DNA from: Rhizobiaceae bacterium | Lineage (GTDB): Bacteria; Pseudomonadota; Alphaproteobacteria; Rhizobiales; Rhizobiaceae | DNA length: 64,000 bases | Direction: 5' to 3' | NCBI GenBank assembly: GCA_035547755.1 | Contig: DASZUG010000055.1 | Span: 5,562-69,561 of the forward strand | Shown here: positions 19,832 to 29,209 of the stretch, one piece after another | How positions within the stretch are numbered: position 1 is the stretch's first letter | Layout of the letters: every line of letters begins with the position of its first letter | Notes under the pieces: model-generated | What the model saw: only the letters and a program-made list of their open reading frames with translations | Database searches by the model: none | What the model was told of the DNA's origin: nothing | Translations under genes and position numbers: made by a program

Positions 19832-21631
19832 TTGACCAGATCGCAAACACCCATCATCGGGCGCGGAGGCGTTGTTCTGGGTATTCCAGGATGGCTGCTG
19901 CGTTTCGTCGTGGCAATTGCTTCACTGTTCGCCTTCATCGGTAGCGCGAGCGCCGAAGTGCGGACGCTCAAGATCTATCATCTGCATACTCATGAGAAGG
20001 CCGAGATCGCCTATAAAAAGGACGGACATTATCTGCCCGATGGCTTGAAGAAACTCGATTACATATTGAGGGACTGGCGTCGCAACGAGCAGATAAGGAT
20101 GGATCCGCGCCTCTTCGATCTGCTTTGGACGGTTTATCAAAAGACCGGCTCGCACGATTATATAAACGTTGTGTGCGGTTATCGCGCGCCTGAAACCAAT
20201 GCCATGCTGCGCAGGCGGACGCGTGGCGTGGCGCGCGAGAGCCAGCACACGCGCGGCAAGGCGATCGATTTCTATATTCCCGGCGTGCCGCTCGAAAAAT
20301 TGCGCGAGATCGGGCTTAAGATCGAGGTTGGCGGCGTCGGCTACTATCCGACGTCGGGTTCGCCCTTCGTGCATATGGATGTCGGCAGCCCGCGGCATTG
20401 GCCGCGAATGAGCCGTCGTCAATTGCTGGCGCTCTTCCCCACCGGCAAGACGCTCTATGTGCCAGCCGACGGCAAGCCGCTGCCGGGCTATGAGGAAGCG
20501 CTCGCCGACTACAAGGCGCGTGGCGGACAGGCGCCCGACATACAGGTGGCTAGCGCATCCACAAAGCATAAGGGCTTCTTCGCGATGCTCTTCGGCGGCG
20601 GCGCGGATCAGGAAGAGGACGAGCAGGACATCAAGGTTGCGAGCACGAAGGTTGCCCAGGTTCGTGCGGCCGTGAGAAAACCGGCATCTTCAAGCGCCTT
20701 GCCCGGCGTCGAGTTGGCAAGCCTGCAGGAAGGCGGAGCATCCGAGCCGAAGCCTGAGAAACCCATGGCGATTATCGCCGCGCTTCCTCCGCAGGACGTT
20801 CCGCTGCCGCTCAAGGCGCCGCGACCGGAAGTCGATGTCGGGTCGTCCAATGCGAGCGACGCGTCACAGGCGGAGGAACCGCAGGTCGCGCTCAACATAC
20901 CGATACCTTCGCGCCGTCCGGACTATTCGCCGCCGGTCGAGGCGACGGAGGTTGCCGGTTTGCGCCATAACGAAGAAAAATCTCAGGTCTATGCCGCCAA
21001 TGCCGATCAACTGGCGACAGTGATCGCCGGACATGCCGCGCAGCAGTCGTCCCGTGCCACCGAACATGCCGATCCTCGGCCGGTCGCGACGCTCGCGGCT
21101 TTCACCGGGCAATTGCCGTCGACGCGTCCCGATATGGGAGCGGAAACCGGCACGATTGCCATGCTGCCCGAGCGGCGCCCGGAATATGAGCCGCGCGAAT
21201 CGACCGCGTCTCCCGCGGTTTTCAGGACGGAGGATAACAGCGGCAAGGGAGATCGTCTTGCCCCGGCCGCTTCGCCCCGTCTAGCGTTGCTTGAGCGTCC
21301 GGCCGGCGTGAGTGCGACAGCGGCGATAGCCTCCGGTGTCAGAACGACCGCAAAGCATCCGAGAAGTGCCTCAACTGCGGAAATGCCTCATCGGAAATCG
21401 TTCGAAGTGCCGATCCATAGCGAGATCGCTCGTTGGGCCGTGCAACACCGCTCTTTCAACCCCGCGATCGTCAGCAGCAAGTCGCCGTCACTCGCCTACA
21501 ACATCGTCCACAGCGCACCGAGGATGGTCTATACGGAAGGCTTTCAGGCAAGCGGCCTTCCCAAGGATGCCAGCCATTTCAGCGGCAATGCCGTGGCCTT
21601 CCTGCCTGTGGCCCGCTTTGGCACGGATTGA
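19832..21631 (+). CDS. DUF882/YcbK family (peptidase M15) protein with long low-complexity C-terminus
   Basis: RTLKIYHLHTHE, MDPRLFDLL, GYRAPETN, SQHTRGKAID, FVHMDVG; TTG start. Confidence 0.88.
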   Translation: MTRSQTPIIGRGGVVLGIPGWLLRFVVAIASLFAFIGSASAEVRTLKIYHLHTHEKAEIAYKKDGHYLPDGLKKLDYILRDWRRNEQIRMDPRLFDLLWTVYQKTGSHDYINVVCGYRAPETNAMLRRRTRGVARESQHTRGKAIDFYIPGVPLEKLREIGLKIEVGGVGYYPTSGSPFVHMDVGSPRHWPRMSRRQLLALFPTGKTLYVPADGKPLPGYEEALADYKARGGQAPDIQVASASTKHKGFFAMLFGGGADQEEDEQDIKVASTKVAQVRAAVRKPASSSALPGVELASLQEGGASEPKPEKPMAIIAALPPQDVPLPLKAPRPEVDVGSSNASDASQAEEPQVALNIPIPSRRPDYSPPVEATEVAGLRHNEEKSQVYAANADQLATVIAGHAAQQSSRATEHADPRPVATLAAFTGQLPSTRPDMGAETGTIAMLPERRPEYEPRESTASPAVFRTEDNSGKGDRLAPAASPRLALLERPAGVSATAAIASGVRTTAKHPRSASTAEMPHRKSFEVPIHSEIARWAVQHRSFNPAIVSSKSPSLAYNIVHSAPRMVYTEGFQASGLPKDASHFSGNAVAFLPVARFGTD

Positions 21632-21675
21632 ACCTTATCCAGTAAGCCGTTCCAAGTTGTTGGTGGGGAAGGACG

Positions 21676-22320
21676 TCAGCCGGCCTGCTTCAAGCCGGCC
21701 GCTTCGCGCGAGAGAACCCTGATTTTTTCCCATTCCCCCCCTGCGATGAGTTCGTCCGGTGCGACCCAGGAACCGCCGACGCATACGACGTTCGAGAGGC
21801 TGAGATAGTCCTTCGCATTCTTCAGCGAAATTCCACCCGTGGGACAGAAGCGCATGCCGGCGAGCGGCGAAGCGAGCGACTTCAGGAAAGCGGCGCCGCC
21901 CGATTGTTCGGCCGGAAAGAATTTGAGGATGGAGAAACCTTCTTCCCGCAACGCCATGATTTCGCTCGGCGTGATGGCGCCCGGCAGGAAGGGGACGGAT
22001 GCATCACGCGCGGTGTCGAGAAGTTCCTGCGTCGTGCCTGGGCTGACGATGAATTTTGCCCCCGCGTCCACAGCCTCGTCGTAATGTCGCGGTGACAAAA
22101 CCGTTCCGGCGCCAACGATTGCATCGGGAACTTCGCTCGCGACGAGCCGGATTGCGTCTATCGCATCCGGCGTTCTGAGCGTGATCTCGATGGCCGGAAG
22201 CCCACCGGATACGAGCGCACGCGCTAGGGGGACGGCATCCGCCAATTCGCCGATCTTGAGTACCGGGATGACCGGTTGGCCTTCAAGAATGGCGGCCAGC
22301 TTCTGGTTTTTCTTCTGCAT
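21676..22320 (-). CDS. eda: KDPG/KHG aldolase
   Basis: IEITLRT, VGAGTV, FIVSPG, KFFPAE, FCPTGGIS, CVGGSW. Confidence 0.95.
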   Translation of the reverse strand: MQKKNQKLAAILEGQPVIPVLKIGELADAVPLARALVSGGLPAIEITLRTPDAIDAIRLVASEVPDAIVGAGTVLSPRHYDEAVDAGAKFIVSPGTTQELLDTARDASVPFLPGAITPSEIMALREEGFSILKFFPAEQSGGAAFLKSLASPLAGMRFCPTGGISLKNAKDYLSLSNVVCVGGSWVAPDELIAGGEWEKIRVLSREAAGLKQAG

Positions 22321-22445
22321 AAAGGTCCATCCTGGGAGAAGATGACGATCGGCGACGCAGGCACGCATCCGGAATATAATCGGTTTAGCAGCTCGTTCTA
22401 TTCAAGTCCACGCGAGAGCGCCGTGAGGTCGGAAGACGTTTTTGC

Positions 22446-23273
22446 TCAGGCATAAAGCACGGCCATTGTTGCCGGTCCGGCAATGCCATCGGCATCCAAG
22501 CCGTGCTCGACTTGGAACTTGTGAAGCGCGGCGGAGGTGCGCGAGCCGAACACGCCATCCGCCTCGACCGAGTAGCCTCGCTCTCTCAGACACTGCTGCA
22601 GGCGGGTGACAGCCGGACCGGCCGAACCGATCGAAAGCAGGGCTGGTTCCTCATTGGTAGCGAAGGAATAAGCGAGGGCGTCGGCACCGCCGCCATAGGC
22701 CACGAAAGCTTCGGCGATCCGGCGGTCATAAGAGTTACGTGCGAAAAGCGGCCCATTGTAACCGCGCGCGAAGGTTGTCCAATCGTAGCGCTTGAGGGCA
22801 TCCGCGAGACCGGCCTGCGCGATAAAGCGCGCCATCGCCCGCGCCTGCCCCCTGACACTCTTCCGGACTTCGGCGACAAAACTATCGACACTTTCATAGC
22901 CGAGCATCTTCCAATGAGCGCCCATGACCTGGCCGAGACCCCAGGAAACTGATTCGCGGGCTGCCTCACTATCGATGGCTTCTGCCCGTGCCAGAAGCCT
23001 CCAGCGGGCTGCCTGAGCGAAGGGATTGCGAACGGCACCTGGTATGGGCGACGCAAGGCCGGCTTTCCTCGCCCGCTCCTGCCTTTCCCCGCTCAGGCGC
23101 CGGTCGAAATAGTGACCCTCGAACCGTATCAGAGGTTCCTTTTTTCCCCTGACAACCGCATAGGGCTGGCCGCCGCTTTCCACATCCGCTACGGCGAGAA
23201 GCGCCGCGGGCTCGATGTCGAGATCGCCGGCCGCAGCGGTGATTTCATCGATCACTTCCCTGGAAAACATCAT
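22446..23273 (-). CDS. N-acetylmuramidase (DUF3380 family) with C-terminal PG-binding domain
   Basis: AVADVESGG, LIRFEGHYF, SWGLGQVMG, FARGYNGP...YD; LQQCL..GY..DGVFG..DGIAGPATM. Confidence 0.88.
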   Translation of the reverse strand: MMFSREVIDEITAAAGDLDIEPAALLAVADVESGGQPYAVVRGKKEPLIRFEGHYFDRRLSGERQERARKAGLASPIPGAVRNPFAQAARWRLLARAEAIDSEAARESVSWGLGQVMGAHWKMLGYESVDSFVAEVRKSVRGQARAMARFIAQAGLADALKRYDWTTFARGYNGPLFARNSYDRRIAEAFVAYGGGADALAYSFATNEEPALLSIGSAGPAVTRLQQCLRERGYSVEADGVFGSRTSAALHKFQVEHGLDADGIAGPATMAVLYA

Positions 23274-23499
23274 CCGGCTCCCTTATCCGTCAACGGAGCC
23301 GAAATTGCGCCCAGGCTGCAGGAGGTGGAAAAGCTGGAGCACTTTTTGCGCCCGCTTTCCGTGGATGTGGACGGAAAAGAACAGGGCTCGGCGCCTTGCC
23401 AGGCTGGAAAGCCAGCGCTAAAGCGGGCCTTGCGAAAGGAAGCTTTGGGCGGGGCTTCCCAACGCCTTTCCAAGAAAGACGGCGAAACATTTTATCCCC

Positions 23500-24336
23500 A
23501 TGGTTTTGTCCACGTCTGAAGATGTTGTCAGCGTCGCCGCGCTTTATCGTTTCATGGAGATTGCGGATCCGGCGGCTTTGCGCGCGGCGCTTTTCGACTT
23601 TTGCCGAGAACAGGGCCTCAAGGGCAGCTTGCTGCTTGCGCCAGAAGGCGTCAACGGGACGGTCGCGGGATCGGAGGAGGGTATCGGCGGGCTGATCGGT
23701 TTCCTGGAGGAACTGCCAGGGTTCCATGGCGCGGAAATCAAGTTTTCCCATGCGGTAACAATGCCTTTCCGGCGCATGAAAGTGCGGCTCAAAAAGGAGA
23801 TCGTTACCATGGGGGTGTCGGACATCGATCCCGTGCACAACGCAGGCATCTATGTCACCCCGGGCGAATGGAACCGTCTGATAGCCGATCCGGAAACAAT
23901 TCTCATCGACACGCGCAACGTCTATGAGGTGGCGATCGGCACATTTTCCGGTGCGATCAATCCCGAAACCGAAAACTTCCGCGAATTCCCGTCGTGGGTT
24001 GACGGGAACAGCGAGCGGTTTCGCGGCCGCAAGGTGGCGATGTTCTGTACCGGCGGTATCCGCTGCGAAAAGGCGAGCGCGTATGTACGATCGGCCGGTG
24101 TCAAGGAGGTGTTCCATCTCCGAGGCGGCATCCTCAAATATCTGGAGGAGGTGCCGGAGGAAGAAAGTCTCTGGCAGGGCGAATGCTTCGTCTTCGACGA
24201 GCGCGTTTCGGTACGCCATGGATTGAAGGCGGGTAACGCAAAACTCTGCCCCGATTGCGGTCGGCCGTCACGTGGCGCGGTGGTGGCCGCGTCGAGCGGA
24301 GGAAGCGGATGCTGCGCCTGCCAGACGTCTGAATAA
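23500..24336 (+). CDS. trhO: Rhodanese-domain tRNA hydroxylase TrhO (YceA/UPF0176)
   Basis: LLAPEGVNGT, FRRMKVRLKKEIVTMG, IDTRN.YE, MFCTGGIRCEKAS, GECFVFDERV. Confidence 0.88.
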   Translation: MVLSTSEDVVSVAALYRFMEIADPAALRAALFDFCREQGLKGSLLLAPEGVNGTVAGSEEGIGGLIGFLEELPGFHGAEIKFSHAVTMPFRRMKVRLKKEIVTMGVSDIDPVHNAGIYVTPGEWNRLIADPETILIDTRNVYEVAIGTFSGAINPETENFREFPSWVDGNSERFRGRKVAMFCTGGIRCEKASAYVRSAGVKEVFHLRGGILKYLEEVPEEESLWQGECFVFDERVSVRHGLKAGNAKLCPDCGRPSRGAVVAASSGGSGCCACQTSE

Positions 24337-24513
24337 AGGGCGATTTTTGCCTCGAAACCGACGCAAATCGAGATGGCTGGACCGGGCGAATCAAAGCGCC
24401 CGATCACGTTCCAATACGGTCATGAAATCGTCCGCGTGGCGTCATTGTAATGTCGTCAAACGTGCCTACCTGACGACGACCCGTGGCGGCGGATACCATG
24501 ACGTGGAGGCTAT

Positions 24514-25215
24514 ATGCTCGAACCGAAAAAGCTGCTCGACGATTTATTGGCGGTAAGGATTCCCGGATTTGGCGGAAATGTCGCTGAGAACGCCGTGGAA
24601 ACAGGAGGGCTGGCGAAGGCCGGTCCGGTTGCGACCGGCGCCGTTGCGGCGCTGCTGCTCGGCACGAGGACGGGGCGGCCGCTGGCGCAATCGGCGTTGA
24701 AGATCGGTGGCGCCGCCGCCATTGCCGGCCTCGCCTATCAGGCTTACCGCAATTATCGGAATGGTGGCCAGCCGACCGATCCGATCGATGGAGGGGCATC
24801 CGTTCCGATGCCTGCGCCCGAAGACACGGCGTTCCATCCCACGCGCTTGCCGGAAGGGGAGGAGGCGTTCGCGCTTGTGCTGGTACGCGCGATGATCGCG
24901 GCCTCGCGTGCCGACGGTATGATCGACGTTTCCGAGCATCAGGCGATCCTCGACAGAACGCATGCCTTGGACGTGGACGGCGATGTCGAGAGCTTTCTCT
25001 CCCGTGAACTCGGTCGTCCGATCGATCTCGATCAACTGATTGCGGCCGCCAAGACGGACGCGCAGAAAATCGGGTTCTATGCGGCGTCCCGCCTCGCCGT
25101 GAATGCCATTTCGGATGGCGAACAGCGCTATCTCGACGGGCTGGCAAAAAAACTGAAACTGCCACAAGCTCTTGTCCAACATATCGAAGGCTGCGTCTTG
25201 TCGCTCAGCAGTTGA
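24514..25215 (+). CDS. DUF533/TerB-like (YebE-like) protein
   Basis: LLDDLL start, IAGLAYQAYRNY, LVRAMIAASRADG, YAASRLA...EQRYLDGLA..L. Confidence 0.8.
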   Translation: MLEPKKLLDDLLAVRIPGFGGNVAENAVETGGLAKAGPVATGAVAALLLGTRTGRPLAQSALKIGGAAAIAGLAYQAYRNYRNGGQPTDPIDGGASVPMPAPEDTAFHPTRLPEGEEAFALVLVRAMIAASRADGMIDVSEHQAILDRTHALDVDGDVESFLSRELGRPIDLDQLIAAAKTDAQKIGFYAASRLAVNAISDGEQRYLDGLAKKLKLPQALVQHIEGCVLSLSS

Positions 25216-25250
25216 ATCGGCCTTGTTCCGGACAAAATGCAGGCGGATTG

Positions 25251-25287
25251 CAGATGCCTTTTCCCGGTGGAAAAGAGCATCTGTTTT
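25251..25287 (+). terminator. Probable intrinsic terminator
   Basis: CAGATGC-CTTTTCC/GGAAAAG-A-GCATCTG stem followed by TTTT. Confidence 0.5.
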
Positions 25288-25306
25288 GTAATCGCGGAGA
25301 CGGTGG

Positions 25307-26161
25307 TTGAAAGCTGTCGTTCTCGTCTCGCTCCTGCTGCTATCGGGCTGTTCCGATGGAATCGGGCTGATCAATGTTATTTCTCCGCATAAGGGAACCG
25401 CGGTCGAAACGGGCGTCGCCTACGGCAGCGACCCCCGGCAGCGAATGGACATCTATCTTCCCGGCAAGAGGAAGAGAGCGTCGCCCGTCGTCGTCTTCGT
25501 CTATGGCGGCAGTTGGCGCAGCGGCAGCCGCAAGGATTACGGTTTCGTCGGAACCGCTCTTGCGAGACAGGGCTTCATCGTCGCCATTCCCGACTACCGG
25601 ATTTATCCGGATGCCGTCTTTCCGGTCTTTGTCGAGGATGTCGCCAAGGCCGTCGCAGCGGTTTCCCGCACCCTAGCAAAAAGTCGGCCGATCATCCTGA
25701 TCGGTCATTCCGCCGGAGCACAGATCGCCGCGCTCATTACGCTTGATCCACGCTATCTGAAGGCGGACGGCATCGATGTATGCCGGAAAATCGCCGGCTT
25801 CGTCGGCCTTGCCGGACCCTATGATTTCAAGCCGCCACGACAACTCTACAACCGGATCTTCCCCAAGCCGCTTCTTGCGGCGAGCAGGCCGATCAATTTT
25901 GCGGGGGGACATCATCCGCCGTCGCTTCTCATCAGTGGAACGTTCGATCTGGTCGTCAATCCCAAGCAGACAAAAGAATTGGCAGCGGCCCTCAGGCGCT
26001 CCGGGAACGACGTCAGGACAGCACTTTATCCGCGGCTCGGTCATGTGACGCTGATCGGAACGCTTGCGCCGCCGCTCCGGCAATTCGCGCCAACGCTGAA
26101 GACCGTTTCCGCCTTCGTACGGGAAGAAAGCCGGAAGGCTCCGCCCTATTGCAGGGGCTGA
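25307..26161 (+). CDS. Alpha/beta hydrolase (esterase/lipase), probable lipoprotein
   Basis: LLSGC lipobox, FVYGGSW, GHSAG nucleophile, D..V, YPRLGHV catalytic His. Confidence 0.87.
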   Translation: MKAVVLVSLLLLSGCSDGIGLINVISPHKGTAVETGVAYGSDPRQRMDIYLPGKRKRASPVVVFVYGGSWRSGSRKDYGFVGTALARQGFIVAIPDYRIYPDAVFPVFVEDVAKAVAAVSRTLAKSRPIILIGHSAGAQIAALITLDPRYLKADGIDVCRKIAGFVGLAGPYDFKPPRQLYNRIFPKPLLAASRPINFAGGHHPPSLLISGTFDLVVNPKQTKELAAALRRSGNDVRTALYPRLGHVTLIGTLAPPLRQFAPTLKTVSAFVREESRKAPPYCRG

Positions 26162-26784
26162 GAAACGCCTCGACCGGGATGCGGCAGCACCCGCCTCAGA
26201 AGGGTACGGTAAACCTCTTGCCGCTTGCCGGGCCCCATGGCGGAAAACATCCGCAACTGGCCGGAATTCACAAGTTCGGCGATGCCGTGGACCATCGCCC
26301 AGGCGGCGGCTATATCGGGCGCGGCGGCGTCCTCGTCGTCGCTGCCCTTTGCGGCACAAACCGCTTCCACAAGGGCCTTGTAGGCGGCGGTCGCAGCTTC
26401 GCCGAGAACAGGATCGGAAAAATCGGGCTTGTCGGAAGAGAACATCAACTTGAACAACGCAGGTTCGGCGGTAGCGAAATCGATATAGCCAAGGCCGATT
26501 GCAACGAGTTGATCGGCGGCATCTTCTTTGGCTTTGGCACTCCTGGCGGCCATCGCGGCGGTCAAGCGAGCATAGGCCACCGCGGCAAGGGCGGTCAGCA
26601 GGGCGTCGGCGTCGCGAAAGTGATGCGCCGGGGCTGCATGGGAAACGCCCGCCCGCTTGGCGCAGCCACGTAGCGTAAATCCCTCGATCCCCTTTTCCTT
26701 AAGTTCCTCCTCCGCCGCTTGCAGCAGCGCGTGGCGAAGGTCGCCATGATGATAAGGCCGATTCCCGCCCTCGACATTGTCCAT
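26146..26784 (-). CDS. TetR family transcriptional regulator
   Basis: YHHGDLRHALL, FTLRGCAKRAGVSHAAPAHHF HTH, AWAMVHG. Confidence 0.93.
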   Translation of the reverse strand: MDNVEGGNRPYHHGDLRHALLQAAEEELKEKGIEGFTLRGCAKRAGVSHAAPAHHFRDADALLTALAAVAYARLTAAMAARSAKAKEDAADQLVAIGLGYIDFATAEPALFKLMFSSDKPDFSDPVLGEAATAAYKALVEAVCAAKGSDDEDAAAPDIAAAWAMVHGIAELVNSGQLRMFSAMGPGKRQEVYRTLLRRVLPHPGRGVSQPLQ

Positions 26785-26854
26785 TTCAACTCCGCTTGGT
26801 TCGCAGCAATTCGGGCGCCGCCCCCGTCTTAGTCGAAAAGCACGGATGGATGCA

Positions 26855-26893
26855 ATCTTTACGATGGAAAGTTTATCTTGACTTTGTAAAGAT
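26855..26893. promoter_or_regulatory. Two tandem 19-bp imperfect palindromes, putative TetR operators
   Basis: ATCTTTAC-GAT-GGAAAGTT (26855-73) and ATCTTGAC-TTT-GTAAAGAT (26875-93) in the divergent promoter region. Confidence 0.65.
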
Positions 26894-26936
26894 TACATCC
26901 GATCATGCCTGTGTCTTTGGTTCGTGGAGGTCGCGC

Positions 26937-27386
26937 ATGGATCCCGACACTATCTTCAGAACGGCGAACCTGTTGGCGCTCGCCGGCTGGCTCGTGCTTT
27001 TGGCGAGTCCTCTTTGGCCGTGGCAGGCCGAACGGCTTTCCGGTCTCGCGATTCCGCTTTTGCTCTCGGTCGCCTATTGCGGGCTGATCTTCGCGTTCTG
27101 GACAAGCGGGAAGGGCGGTTTTTCCAGCCTCGGCGATGTGGCCCGTCTCTTCCAGACACGGCAATTGCTGCTGGCTGGCTGGATCCATTATCTGGCGTTC
27201 GATCTCTTCGTCGGCGCGTGGATTGTGCGTACCTCCAGGTCGGAAGAGATCCGGTTTTGGGCGGTCGTTCCCTGCCTCGTCGCCACTTTCCTGTTCGGCC
27301 CCGCCGGCTTCCTTCTCTTCAATGCCATCCGCTCAACGAAAAGCATCGCGGCGCAGCCCGGGATGAGCACAAAGGTGATGTCATGA
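26937..27386 (+). CDS. DUF4281/ABA4-like membrane protein
   Basis: LAGWIHYLAFDLFVGAWI and LFGPAGFLL motifs; SD GGAGG. Confidence 0.85.
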   Translation: MDPDTIFRTANLLALAGWLVLLASPLWPWQAERLSGLAIPLLLSVAYCGLIFAFWTSGKGGFSSLGDVARLFQTRQLLLAGWIHYLAFDLFVGAWIVRTSRSEEIRFWAVVPCLVATFLFGPAGFLLFNAIRSTKSIAAQPGMSTKVMS

Positions 27387-28237
27387 GTATTGTCGAAATT
27401 TCTCGCGCTCCTTCCATCGGCCGTCCTATCGCGATCAACTGGCTCAGGGAGCTTTCGGCCCGTCAATCCGCGTTGACCGGCGCCGGCGTCCTGCTTGTTG
27501 TCGCCATGCTTCCGATGGGATTCGCTTTCCTGCTTGATACACGTCTTTTCAACGGTATCGACGTCTGGATCAAGCCGCTCAAATTCGCCCTTGCCGTCGC
27601 CATCTACATGTTCACGCTGGCGTTCTTCGCCAGTTGGGTCGATGAAAAGGTGGGAACGGCGCGCTGGTTTCGCGTGCTTTCCTGGGCGACCGCAAGCGCC
27701 GGAACGCTCGAAGTCTTCTACATCGCCTTGCAGGCGTCCCGTGATGAGGCCTCGCATTTCAACTACACCGACAATTTGCATATGGCGCTTTACGGGTTGA
27801 TGGGCATCGGTGCGACGCTGATGATCAGCTTCTCGGCGATTCTCGGCATTCTCATCGCACGCAACGGCAAGCTTGACGTCGCGCCGGTCATTAAAGACTC
27901 GGTCGTGCTCGGGCTGACGCTCGCTTTCGTGCTGACGCTCATCCCGGCCGGAACCATGAGCGCCATGGGCAGCCACTGGATCGGCGGGGTCCATTCCGAC
28001 GCCGGCGGCATGACGCTCACGGGCTGGTCGCGCGACGGCGGCGATCTTCGCGTGGCGCATCTTTTCGGGACTCATGCGATGCATTTCATCCCTGCCTTCG
28101 GCGTCGTCTCGGCCCTGGTGCTGGGGCCTGAGAAGCGCTGGCCGGTGTGGCTGTTTACGGTCGTTTTCTGCGGGTTTGTCGCCTTCCTCTTCTTCCAGGC
28201 GCTTGCTGGGCAGCCTTTTCTTCCGAGGTTGCATTGA
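27383..28237 (+). CDS. Multi-pass membrane hypothetical protein, coupled to the ABA4-like gene
   Basis: ATGA overlap; WIKPLKF, SHFN, GDLRVAHLFGTHAMH; several TM helices. Confidence 0.8.
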   Translation: MSIVEISRAPSIGRPIAINWLRELSARQSALTGAGVLLVVAMLPMGFAFLLDTRLFNGIDVWIKPLKFALAVAIYMFTLAFFASWVDEKVGTARWFRVLSWATASAGTLEVFYIALQASRDEASHFNYTDNLHMALYGLMGIGATLMISFSAILGILIARNGKLDVAPVIKDSVVLGLTLAFVLTLIPAGTMSAMGSHWIGGVHSDAGGMTLTGWSRDGGDLRVAHLFGTHAMHFIPAFGVVSALVLGPEKRWPVWLFTVVFCGFVAFLFFQALAGQPFLPRLH

Positions 28238-28253
28238 AGGGACGAGACAACTG

Positions 28254-28268
28254 TTAACGCTTTGTTAA
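28254..28268. promoter_or_regulatory. Perfect CtrA box
   Basis: TTAA-CGCTTTG-TTAA; reads TTAA-N7-TTAAC on the minus strand. Confidence 0.65.
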
Positions 28269-28289
28269 TCAACTTGTCTCATTCTCAGG

Positions 28290-28357
28290 CTATCGAATCG
28301 GTTCTCCTCCTCCCAAACCGATCGAAATTCGGGCGGTCCCATGACCGCCCTTTTTGT
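28290..28357 (+). ncRNA. Candidate cuckoo-type sRNA (CCUCCUCCC loop) ending in an intrinsic terminator; 5' end estimated
   Basis: 10-bp stem 28293-28303/28316-28325 with loop CTCCTCCTCCCA, then GGGCGGTC-CCAT-GACCGCCC-TTTTTG. Confidence 0.65.
28331..28357 (+). terminator. Intrinsic terminator
   Basis: 8-bp GC-rich stem GGGCGGTC/GACCGCCC plus TTTTTG. Confidence 0.8.
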
Positions 28358-28432
28358 TCCTCTATCATGTCCGCGTGACGGCTTGCCGCCGATCCCTCGA
28401 TCTGCCATGTGAGGGGCAGAGAGGAGACCGTC

Positions 28433-29188
28433 ATGAGTTCAGCGAAAGTCGCCATCATCACCGGTGCGGGAAGCGGCATCGGCAAGGCCAGCGGCATCAC
28501 GCTGGTGAGGAACGGCTGGAACACCGTTTTCACGGGACGACGTCTCGACGTGCTCGAAGAAGCTGCAAAGGCGGCAGGCGGCGGAAAAGGCAGGGCGCTT
28601 GCGGTGCGCTGCGATGTCTCCAAACCGGAACAGGTGGACGCTCTCTTCGAAAAGGCGGTCAAGGAATTCGGCCGCGTCGATCTCCTCTTCAACAATGCCG
28701 GCCGCGGCTATCCGTCAACGCTGATCGACGAGATCCCGGTCGAGGTCTGGCGGGACGTGGTGGACGCCAATCTGACCGGCTCATTCCTGTGCGCACGGGC
28801 GGCGTTCCGGCAGATGCGGCGGCAATCGCCGATGGGCGGCCGTATCATCAACAACGGCTCGATCTCCGCCTATGCACCGCGGCCGGGCTCCGTTCCCTAT
28901 ACGACGACGAAACACGGCATTTCCGGCCTGACGCGCACATTGGCGCTCGACGGTCGCCCCTTCGACATCGCCTGCGGCCAGATCGATATCGGTAACGCGA
29001 TGACCGAGATGGGCGCCCAGATGACCAAGGGCGTGCCGCAGGCGAACGGCCAGATCGCTGTGGAACCAGTAATCGACGCCCAGATCGTCGCGGATGCCGT
29101 GCTGCATATGGCGAGCCTGCCGCTCGACGCCAACATCCTCTTCATGAACGTGATGGCGACGAAGATGCCCTTCGTCGGCCGCGGCTAA
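28433..29188 (+). CDS. SDR family oxidoreductase
   Basis: TGAGSGIG, NNAG, NNGSIS, YTTTK catalytic motif. Confidence 0.93.
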   Translation: MSSAKVAIITGAGSGIGKASGITLVRNGWNTVFTGRRLDVLEEAAKAAGGGKGRALAVRCDVSKPEQVDALFEKAVKEFGRVDLLFNNAGRGYPSTLIDEIPVEVWRDVVDANLTGSFLCARAAFRQMRRQSPMGGRIINNGSISAYAPRPGSVPYTTTKHGISGLTRTLALDGRPFDIACGQIDIGNAMTEMGAQMTKGVPQANGQIAVEPVIDAQIVADAVLHMASLPLDANILFMNVMATKMPFVGRG

Positions 29189-29209
29189 GCGTTTCTAACG
29201 AGGAATGTC

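Noticed and set aside
22446-23273. Prophage around the DUF3380 lysin
   Set aside because: No holin, structural, integrase or att features; flanked by housekeeping genes.
23274-23499. Structured RNA or riboswitch between the muramidase and trhO
   Set aside because: Only a few short hairpins; no recognisable conserved motif or terminator.
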